NCBI RefSeq assembly: GCF_022539665.2
Contig: NC_081331.1
Span: 12,462,001 to 12,526,000, forward strand
Direction: 5' to 3'
Length of the DNA stretch: 64,000 nt
Origin: Daphnia carinata
Taxonomy: Eukaryota
Position 1 is the first letter of the stretch; each line of letters starts with the position of its first letter. Below, piece by piece: positions 40,501 through 52,500 of this stretch. The notes beneath the pieces are model-generated. The model was given only the letters and a program-made list of their open reading frames with translations. It was not told the DNA's origin and did not search any database. The position numbers were made by a program, and so were the translations under genes.

Positions 40501-43500
40501 GACGCGATAGAAATGTTCCACCGTAGTGTCCACCATATCAGCCATCGAATTAGTGAAAATGAAAAACGATCTTATCCTCTTTGACACGTGACTCCCTGCC
40601 CTGTTACTCAATTTTCAAAAGGATCATGTTGGATGTAAGCATGTAAATGCTATCTTATTAACATAACTGCATTTCTTTCTTTTCCTAGTGCCTCTGTTCT
40701 CAATTGTCTTATTTTTTCCATGTTTAATGGGAAGTTATTTATTTATGTTGTCCCCTTTTAAACAAAAACATATTCCGACTTGACTTTATTTTTCGTTTAC
40801 CTCTTCTATCATTGTCTACGTCTCCATCGTCTGTTGGCAACGGCCGTTTTTGTTGTTGTTGATGTCGCATTGTGTAATGTAGGTCGATTTGACGCATTCC
40901 CTCAGGACGACCACACTCTACCCTCATCCACCGGCCATATAACTCGTCTAACTTGATTGCTAGAAAAATGGTTCCGACTCTGAAACGCTCTTTGACGCAT
41001 ATAATAGGGTTCTCGGCAAATGCATCACGATGATGAAAATCAAATAGGACAAGCAAATGCAGAGAATCCCGAGAACCTTCTTCTTTTTCTTTCTAAAATG
41101 CGCGTTTGTGTCTCTGCACTGTGCACATATTTACCTGAACTCGACGAAAGGAAAGAGGCAGAAGGATCTCCGACGCTGAGTGAATTGGGATTGGCTCTCC
41201 GTGATGATGACGACGTGCCCGGTTGCAGCTGAGTGGATGACGTGTTAATACGCATGACACCCGCCGACCGGTTGATTGCTCCCGTGCTGCTGCCTAATGA
41301 TTGATCGCTGGCCGAGACGTTTGGCTGTTGCGGTTGTTCCAATGATGAAGACAATTGCGACGTCTGTTGCTGCTGTTGATGATGTTGCGGTCTCCGGTTA
41401 CAGCTACCACCGCCGACGTTAGCCGTGCTGGATGAGACGGCCATTTCGCTCGCTTGTTTCAGCACAATGTACGTCTGATCGATTTCTTCACGGCCGAAGT
41501 TTATTGTACCGTCCTCGCCTTGCATCGTCTCGTCCTCAGTGTGTTGCTGCTGTTGTGATTGTACTTGCTGGAACTGATACTGCGATTCATAATTGACAGC
41601 CTGAATCCGCTGTGATGCTGTCGTTTCCAATTCCGAACTGGATTTCTGGCGTCTCAGCAGTCGCGATTTCGGCAAACAACGGCCAACTCCAGTCTTGCAA
41701 TCGGCGTGGACGTTGATCTTGCACAGTCGGCATTTCCATCCTTGACGCGAATGGCCTTTTGATTTGTTTTATTTTTCAAAAGAGAAAAGGAAGAGGAAAT
41801 TGATCGATCATTCATTCATGAGACGAAATGCTTTAAGAATCCAGTCCTGTTTTTACTGGTGTGACTCTGAGTATATTGGCGCATTCATTATAAATATATA
41901 ACTCACGCAGACCCTGACGTTGCTTGATTATGTAAAGAACCTGCCCAAAAGGATCGTTGTCAATTACCCAACAGAAATCAAGTGAATTTCGAGGCTATTT
42001 GCTTGTTATACTCTATACAAAACAGCGAATGAAATGTAGATAGGTTGCCCAACTAGCGTACCCATCGACGTGTCATTTCAATTACCTGGGGCTTCAGCGA
42101 TACAGTGGGTCACACTTATGTCTGCCGGCGACGCTATATGATATTCCTTGCTAAAACAAAAAAAGACTTCAAACCCAAGAAGACCTTACGTGGCTGACTG
42201 TGTGCACCTATCGACCTGTGCGGCGGAAGGTGCGCAGTGCTGACTGTCACGGCAACGCGTCGGACTCGTCTAGAAACTCTACACCTACCCACATATGCTT
42301 TGAATGGCACATGTGGCTATATTTCTAATAATTGCCACTTTACGTGCGCAGCAGGAATACGTTAATCTACTCATCTTTGTCCCCTTTTGAAAGAAAAAAA
42401 AAAAAAGAAAAAGAAAAGGGTGAACATAAAAAAAGGACCCCGTGCCATACCTCTTAGAACTTGGGAACAGACGTCGCACGGTGTTATCTTCTTGTACGTG
42501 TTCTCCTGGAAAACGTGACGCTGGCCGTCGGGATTCTGCATTAGATGATGATGTTGAAGGAGATCCGACGATGATATGGTCGAATGAAAGACTCCTGATG
42601 CACCGGCTGCCACTGTTGACGACACGCTGGAGCGCTGTTGCTGCCGCTCTGATTTGCTGCTCGAAGAACTGGGGCTTTTCCTGTTTTTATTTCAATTTCA
42701 GCTCAATAAAAACTTTCATCGTATTAAATCAAAAGGGATTTGATGATATTGTTTAGACATTTGAAAAAAAAGGGCTGTTCATCTTTTAAACACACCCAGT
42801 TGGGGAAAGGATCCCTCCTCTCAAATGATTTTTTCTTAGCGTAGAAAAGGGAAAAAAGAAAATCCCTGGCCATCAACTTAATAAACCCTGGTCGCCATTT
42901 TTTTTTCTTTGTAAACTTTGCAAATAGAACGGCGAGATAGCAAACACGGGGGGGGGGGATTTTTAAAAGGAAAAATGAGACGCAGAACGATGATGTAAAA
43001 CGGTCATACCTGAGAGCAATCACGGCCATGACTGCTTGATAGAGTCGAGATCCCCTGTTGGTGGAAACGCGATTGCATTCGTTCCAAGTCATGAAAACGA
43101 AAAACATTGGAAAGAAAAAGAAAAAGAGGCAAAAAAAAAAATGTATAGAAGCGGTTACGATGCTGATTTGCCTTTCATATAGCAACCGAATATTTCTGTT
43201 CAAACAAAATGTTTTCGTTTCAAATGAAACATCAAAATCCAATTAGAAATTCATTAGTTTGAATAAATAGAAAAGAAATTACTGTTCGGTAGCAACAGAG
43301 TTGTTGTTGACAAGAGGCGGACTTGATCCAGTAGTTGAAGAAGCCGATCCTGGAACGGTCACGTTTTGTGAGGACGAGCTGCTGGTCAACGTCCTAAACG
43401 CTTTCATCCACTTGGTTTTCATGCCTGTACCACCGCTTCCACCACTTCCGCTTCCGCCAGCCATCAGGTTAAACTTACTGCCTCGGCTGCTTAGTTGCTG

Positions 43501-46500
43501 GAGCGATTGATGCGAGCCTCCGGAGGCGGCTGCCACTTCCGCCATCACCATTTCAGCTTTGGTTCCGTACAAGTCACGCTGTTCACCGTCAGTTTCAAGG
43601 CATATCACACAGAAAGAACAAAGGCAGAATTTCAAATGAAACATTATCCACAACCGGAGAAGTTTTACATTTCAAATAGCTATTCGTAGGAAATTAGGAA
43701 AGAAAACGAAAATGAAAAAGGAGGAACCTGCGGAACTACATTTGAATATATTGAACGGGCTGACGCAGTTGTGGTCTTACTATATTTTTTCTGCATCATT
43801 TATTAAAGTGCGCAGTGTTGATTCACCTTTCGTCGATTCAAATATCATCTTTAATTGCGTGGGCACATGATAACCACCGTCTTCCTCTTTGCATTCATTC
43901 TCTACCATTTTTTTGTGTAAGATGAATTACAGATGCCGTTGGTTTTGCTTAACGTAACGTAACAGAGAATCAAAGCACGTCGCTGTGTTGTCTTAATCGA
44001 AGTGGTTGCTCCGGTGAGGTTAACTTGCTATTTTATTCCAAAAAGCCAACCTAATTACCGTCACTGTCCTCAGATTGACGTGTGGAAATAATGATTGCCT
44101 CTCTGGGCTATACAATCCAATCAGTCTCGGATTGCATTTTAAATTACGTACACATGCTGAAAACGTACCGGAAGAGCTCCCAGCACTGGACGAATTAGTT
44201 GTTGTGGTGTACGAAACACGATATCGGTGGCAAAGAAAAATCCTTTTCACGATTTTTTACCTGAGCTTTGACGGCGGCGAGGTGGAGCTGGGCCATCCGC
44301 CATTCCAACTTCTTGGCGCAGATCTCCTCTTGCAGCTCGTTGGCTTTGTTGTACGAGTTTGACTCCAAACTCCTATTTCAATAGCGAACACTTATTATAG
44401 TTGCATACGGTGTTATTAATAGGAAGCTAGTTAAAACGATAAGTCTGATTCGATACGGTGACTTGCCAATGGTGGCTCGAGAACCCAAGGCACTTTTAGA
44501 AACATCGTTAGTCAAGATATTCAAGATAGAATAGGAAACAGAGCACCGCAGATACGGAAGAAAGGGAATGCCCGGGCTGAAACACTTCAACAATGCAGAG
44601 AGGAAAAAAAAAAGATCTACGGTACAAGAGCCATGAGAAGGAGGCACGCGCGAAAGTCAATACAGCCCAAGCTTGGAAGCTGCACAGGTAAATATAGCCG
44701 TGGCGTCAATGCATGGCTTTTGCAAAATAAAAAAGCGAAGAGAGTTCTGAAACATTCTCGCGTCTGCTGTGCTATCAAATCGATGACTTCCTGTCTGCCC
44801 TTTGCTTTTATTCCACTGTTGTGTACTTCTCTATATATACGTACTTTACCTCACCGTGCAATTCACAGTTCGAACAACGTACAATTTCATGACAATCAAT
44901 AATGTATGTGTCGCTTGTAACGTTCATCTATAAATAACAAGTAAGAGAGGATTTCTAGGTAATCTTGCCTGCTGAATGCATCAAACAGTTCCGCATAGAC
45001 GTGGGGATGGCCTTTATTGTCTAAAAGGTCGAAAGTCAGAGACAAGAAGAGAAAATAAAATTGGGAAGCAGGAAAATATCGAGCAAGCGCAAAGGTCAAG
45101 CGTGTCCTGTATATCATAACATACACACAGCCACTGCAGTCAAAAGGCAGTCAATGCGCTGCTTTCCCACAACACAACGTCTACCTTACGGACGACATTG
45201 GAGTTGCAACATAAACACCTTTTACAGCTGTACGAACGAATCTAGCTGTAAATAATGCAATATTCTGCGGCCCCCCACGAACAGAGATCTGCGAATCCAA
45301 ACCTCTTCAGCGTAATGGAGGCCTCAAGAGGGCGATCTGAGGATCGCGACAACCATGGGGGTCAACTGTATATAGTCCTTACATTCAACAACAACAAGAA
45401 AAAAATGATTGACTGCACTCTCTTGGTCTGATGTAGCTACACAGCCTATAGCCCAAGTTTGGCAGTCCATCATTACACATTGTGTAGCCGGACGTGCCAT
45501 TCTGGACCCTCTCTATTATTTGCTGCACTTGAACGCTACTTATAAGTTTACATCCAACTTTGTTGTTATACGATCAGAGTGCTAATGGTTCTGAGAACTT
45601 CATTAGCTAAAGAAGAACATGGGGGACTACTATTCTATGTTTATTCTTCTGAAAAACAAAAGCTTTTTTATTGATTCGAAGGATTTGTCGCGAAGTGGGA
45701 CAGCGGGCATACACTAGTCATCGCACAGCCGGAATATGTGTTTCCTTATTTATTTATTTTCTTCTTTCACCAAACAACAAATAGTAGTATTGGAATAGCT
45801 GTGGTTGGGTCGATAAAACATGAGGGCGTTTATTACGTCTCGCGTTTGCTTTTTTTGGGGGGTTGTTATATTTTCTTTTTATTTCTTTACCGGTACTAAG
45901 GGTAAAATGAAACCGTGAGCGCGTATCAACACACGCGTAGATTGTCTTTCTTCTACTCTATTAAAGACCACAAGAAGACAGGCAACTTTTTTCTTGTTCT
46001 AAAAATATGTGCTATATAACGTCACGGTCAATAACGGCTCCTTGTACGTGAGGTATCAGAATCTTCGTGGAACATTGCACGAGGTTATTGGGCCAACGTG
46101 AAGGTGAAGTAACAGCTAAAAAGAATTTTAACTGGCTCACTATACTAACGAGGAGAATCTAGTTACGATGAAATTCGATTTCGTGAAAATCTACGCATGC
46201 CTCCCGTGTAATACACAAGTTTTTTTCCCTGTCATTGATTACTCGTTAATCACGAGCCGTCGGTTACTTCATGTCAATCAATGCTCTTAATATTCAATCA
46301 AGTAGAAAACCCCAACTGAGAAGTCCAGACATTTCCAAAACAATGACGGCACTGTTGAGGATGAAATTGTTCTCGTAATCTCGTATAGTTTTTCAACTGA
46401 ATTAATTAAGTTCAACAAAAAATGTGGGTGCGAGACAGGGGGAGGGCATCCTATTTGAATAAGATTGATGGTGACAGACTGGAATGATGATGGTGCGTCC

Positions 46501-49500
46501 TACGGGCAATGCAAATTGCTTGCTTTTTATGATTGCTATAATAAAAAGGCAAGCGCATAATCAGTAGCGTACCAATCCTAAAAAGAAAACGGGGCGCAAG
46601 CGACATTTATCTGTAGCAATGGGAGGTACCATAAATGCTTATGACGCATACTTTCCACGTAAGCATAGAAAATAAACTGATGGGCCGTTGAAAAACAAAC
46701 GCAACGCACAGATATAAAATGTAAACACATTTTTCATACCGCTGCTGAAGGCGCGTCAGCGATTCGAGACATTCGATTAACTGGCGTACGTGCGCCTCCA
46801 CCTCGGCCGTGTCCTTCTTGAGCGACTCGTATTTGGTTCGTAGAGAGAAGCCGGCCAGTCGATCGAAAACCAATTCGTCTTTCAGCACTAACGACGCGTC
46901 CTGCATACGTGCCAGCGAAATAGTTGACGATCGATGTTTATGAATGTTTCTAATTTAGGGGGATGTGCGTATTCCTACGGCTGTGAATGATTCGAGATAC
47001 CTGAATATCGTGCTGCGAACATGATACGCTGCCGGGTGGAGGATTTCTCGGTGGTATGAACGTGAACTTGTTGAACGAGCTCGGAATAGTTAGCACCGAT
47101 CCGCCTCCACCGCCGGTGCCTGCGCCACTTCCGCTGCCACTACCACCAACCACCGAACGAACGAAAGTTGCCAAATCCGCGTGAGGGTTGACAGCCCGGC
47201 AATGATTCGCCAGGGCATTGTAACGTTTCGATGAGGTTCCTTCCGCCTGAACGGTAATAACATGGGTGCAAACAGAATCAATCATCCAGGGACACAAAGG
47301 CAGAATGACTCTATATCTATAGATATTTTTTTTTATTGATTAATAAATCCGATCTCAGTTAAGAAATAAATAGATGGATGTATTGATTTTAGGTTTTTTG
47401 GGAAGGTAAATACGATACAGCGATCGGTATAAAGGTGAACTGATGAAAAACTGGTCTTTATACTGTATAAATAACGTATCATATTCGTGAAAGCCGTTTC
47501 TTTTCCAATTTGTCAAAGCCTTTATGTACACTTTGATATTGATTTCACAAGAATTGTGAAGATAGAGAATGAAATGATAGTGCTATTGCATTTCGAATGG
47601 GCCAGCATCTTGTTATGAACTGTTGAAAGGAGAACGGAAGAGGGCAAGGTGTACATTGCTGAAGTCAAAGTCAATCATTGAAATAAAACTGATTGAAAAG
47701 AGAAGATCAAAGACAGGCATTTTTTGAAACCTGATGGAAAATCAAATCAACATCAAAGTCATCTTTTTTTCTTAAACAGCAATAACGTCAGCATTAAACC
47801 TGATCACGATTTCGGACCGTGCTGGTACTTTCAAATCAGTTTTCACATAGCGAAATGACTTCCAACTGACCGTTCGGATGACCTCTCTTTGCACCATTCA
47901 AATTCAAATTGAATCACGACTAAGATTATCAACTTACCCTTTCCGACATGGCTTCACAACCTTGTTGTATAGTATTGGTCATGGTTTTGCTTAGGTCAAC
48001 GTACACGCACTCCAATTCCTGTCATTCGTGAACAAATGCCGAATCAGAGTAACAGGTATACTGGTGGTTGTTATTAAATCCTACCTGAATTAATTGCGGC
48101 AGGATAACGTTGTGAAATTGGTCGGCCATGGCATTGGCAGCGTGAACGTCCTGCACGTAGTTGTTGTGCAGCTCAACGTAAGCAGCTAATGTCAACGTAT
48201 TAGGCGCGGCCAGGTGTTGCTGGTAAGCTTCATCGTACAGTTGGTAACTCTGCTCGTTCAAAGACGAAACACATTAGTTTAACATTCTGTAATACATCTT
48301 CTATAGCCTCGTCTTTCCGTGTTTTTACAATAGCATTTCAAATGTGTCTGTTTTAAGTCACCCATTGTCGTATTGTCCTGCCATATATAGAATATGGATT
48401 CTTAGTACATGAGACAGAAAATGCAACTTCGATGTAAATATGTGCGCGTGTCCGTTGACATCGACACACGCATTCGTGTATTTCGTTCGACATGCGGCGA
48501 AATCCTATCAAAGGTCGATTGTAGAACTATACGAGGCCAGCTCATCTTCTTTAATAATATGGTTATACTGGATTTTACTGTACCACCATAGCTCTTGATG
48601 AATATTACAATGCCTCGGGTATCTGACTTTTAAGATATTCATATGTACCGTAAAGTTATTGACCACGAGACAAAAACGATGAAATGGCTATTCGACGTTT
48701 ATTCAAACTTGGCAGCTAGTGCGCTAAATGGATCCAGTATCACCAGCGGGCAGCCGCGTTTTTTGGGGGGGAATCTGACTACGACATCGCTGTTGGCTTA
48801 TCACTAAACGCAACGTAGGATAGCGGTTACTTATTTAACTGTATGCAGCATATGGAATGAGAACCACGCCTTTTTACTTTGCTAATGGTCACCATATTTC
48901 TTTTATACCTTTATCGATGGGCCTTCACATTAAAAAAAACATATTGCATTGTAGGCAGGCAAAAGTCCACGTGCAGCCCGTTACCAACGCACCCATTGCT
49001 CAATCCTGTTGCTGACGATGCTGTGCCTGTGGTTATTATTAACTCGCGGGTTTATCCTTCCCATCTTCCCATTCCGCCCTTTTGCCTTTATCTAATAATC
49101 AAGTGGCAGTCACTGTTGCCCGTGGCAACCCATTGGCGCAGGCAACTCGCATCCATAGCAAAGTGAGGAAAAAAACACATTTCATTCACCATCCAGAAAC
49201 TATTTCACTTTCCATCAAAATGCAACAGGGTTTTCCTCTTTATTGTTGATATATTGTCTTAAAAAAAAAAAAAATTATGGGCGTGTATCTTCCGGTTTGT
49301 CTATTCTTCCATGTTTTGCTGTCCTTTTTTTTCCTTGTGTGTCTAGGCAACCCACTCGCAGATGTGACAAAACAAAAGAATCGAGCGCAACTCGCCGCAC
49401 GAAGAGTGGGGGCGTACATAACGTAGCGTTAGACTAGATCTATACACAAGCTATATCTGCGTAAAATAGGCTGTGTGCAGTGGGATATTTTGAGACTGCA

Positions 49501-52500
49501 GGAAAAACAACCGCACTGTTCCATCAATCCTACTCAACCACGTCGTAGCAGATAGTGCAGTGTGCGTGCACGTAGCTCAGCCCAGGCTATGCCGGAAATT
49601 GAATGTTGATTCAGACCAAGTAGATAGAGCCCTATACACTGGAAACACCAAATCCATCAAGATCAATAATGCATGTATGTACACTGATGTACAAACATAT
49701 ATGCAATAGATACATACGCACACTCTCTTTAATCGAAGCTTGTACGAAAAAAAAGGGAAAACGAAGGGATACATGGTATTATAAACTATGTTTCCTTTTT
49801 TTTTTCATCCCTAACAAAATATATTTGTTTTTTAGATGAACCTTATAATTGACAGGAGAGATTGCCTCAGATGTGCGTAAGAACCTAACGGTGATGAGGT
49901 GAATTCAGTGCTAGGCTCTCCCAACTGATATTTCATCACCCAGTGATTCTGGGTCTAATTAAACAACTTCAATCATTGAGGATTCAGGAAATTGTTTTCT
50001 TTCTTGAATCGTTTTTGGCTTCTACGCGACATGGTAAAATGTAGGCAAAATTGTACGAACCTTGTCCAGTTGTTGCGACGCCTTTTCCAAAGCATTCTCT
50101 AGCTGCTCGCGATGCTGGAAGATTTTACGGGCCTCTAGTTTACGATGAAACGTTCCGTCAATCATGGGTCGTGATACCTGACGATTCAGGCAGTTGGCAA
50201 TATCGGCCACCACAGCCGAATCCACTTCCACTTCCTGCAGCAGCGTTTCCCACACTTGAAAGAGGCCGTAGTTGCCATTCGGTCTGTTTTGTTAAGTAGA
50301 CACGTACATGATAATTAATCACATTTCCTGTTACTAATCGAATTGTATCTATTCGAGACACACAGATCGATATGTTCTTATATGCTGTGCTCCTTTATGC
50401 GAAAAATGTCACGACATTGAAGACGATCATCCATCCACCAGTCAAACTCAAGCACACAGAAGTTATTAACAAGGAAACTTGAGTATAAAAATCCCTATTG
50501 CGTGCTTCGGTGAAATAATCATTGACTAATATTCCCACAATCGATTAAGACATGTTTTTTTAACGAGGGACAAGCAACTGATACATGGCCAATAAGTTAG
50601 TGCACAAGTCGCATGTCTCCGACATTTGTTTCAGGCAATCATCGGACAGAGCGCGTGCAAATGTCACGAAGATTTCCCATCAGCTAAACCATACATACAA
50701 CAAACATATATCGTACATAACATGAATCGAGTTTCTTGTGGATAACGAGGCTGAAGACTTCGTCGGTAGGCTACAAGAAATCATTTCAGAATGGATAAAA
50801 CCAAGAAAGGAAAACTGAACATTTTTACGATCGTGTCTGAATAGACAGACAGCAGCCCTTATTTGCAGAGGTCAATATTGATTTTGAAACAACTGCTCTT
50901 TTGTTTTTATGTGCTGCTAGAGAGGGACGTGGATACACCCTTTCCTTACACACACAAAGCTAATCATAACGTTTTACAGAAGAAGAATCATTCCTTTTTT
51001 TTTGTTTTCAACAGCTCTTCAAAGAGCGATGTCGTGTCGAACTTGGGTCACGAACTGGCCATTATAAAGTCGTTTCTCTACATAACGCACGTACGAGAAA
51101 GGCCGAGTCGACAAAATAACACGGACGGACAGTAATAACGTCAGGGAGGACGCAACGACGATACCATTTATTCCGCTGAAGTGCCAAAAAAAGCACACAC
51201 AACAACAATGGTAGTAGAGGTATGCTTTTATAGAGGCTTATCAATGTGTCAATGTCCGAACCAGTTTGTCCATATAACGCAGATTCGTGTGCTTTGAATG
51301 TCAACTCATCGTTACATACAGTTCCGACAAGCTTAGCTATACTTGAAAACCTAATAACGTTATGGACATCATTACATTTCTGTAACGTACATTTTCAACC
51401 ACTTTTTCAATTTTTTTTCGATAGTTATCATTTTTAAATGAGGTCAGCCTTGTCTGGCGCACGTCATCACTTGAAAATGTTCAACTGCATATATGCACGC
51501 TCTTTGGATTTGCAAAAAAAAACCCTCAGTTAAACAATTGCTAGAGGTAGCCGGGCAAACGTGTATATATGTGTACGTATTCGAATTCAGTCACGTTTAT
51601 ATCCCACCGTTAGCAAGGAGAGGGCTATATTGGATAATGTCTCGTTCGATTGTTACCATGGAAGCAGTTGTCCGTGAACACATACGCAGTATTGTAGGAG
51701 CTCTTTTTATTAAGGACATTTATGGCCTGCACAGACGTTATTTCGCTACTCCCAAGTCAGCTGTTCTCTCTATATGCCATTTGGCTGTGTGTATAATGGT
51801 CACCTTATCTATCGGACGACCTAATAGGGGACCAATCTCTGCACAGATTCTCTGTTCCATATCATCATAGGCAAGAACGTTATGCAGAACGGTACGTTAA
51901 CAGCTGCTTGTTGTTGTCACTCTTGTCACGACAAAGTCAAGCATTAAATCTCTTCCTCTCTACATTTTCGTCATGTTTACCAACAAAATTGTCTTGCAAA
52001 GCTTTCAAAGTCTTAACTTGGAATAAGAGCAAGTTTTATTTTTGACAAAATATTTAACTACCTTTCGATCGTATCCTAAGACCCCCGTCTTGTAAAAGGT
52101 TTCCGTGACTCTTTTGCATAACCCTTCAAACTATTGATTCCCATTCACCTTTTTTTCAAATCAGAGACGCGGAGAAATGAAACTATAAAACAGAGATTTA
52201 ATTCTTACCTTTCTTTCCTCAATTCGGCGTTCCTGATGCGAAAAGTCTCGACTAGTTGTTGAAGTTGTTCGCCGTGTTGTTCTTCAATGGTAGCCAATTG
52301 CTGAGTAAAATCAGAAACTGCCCGCCATCACGAATGGTTCGTAAAATAGAAATGTCACCGACGTTCCAATGGCAGGAAGACATGGCCATAAATTTGCAAA
52401 AAAAAAAAAAAACAGACACAAATCAATTTAAAGATTTTATTGGTCGTTATAATGATGAAGACTGTTCCTACTATTAAGGTACATCTACACGAAAGCAATT

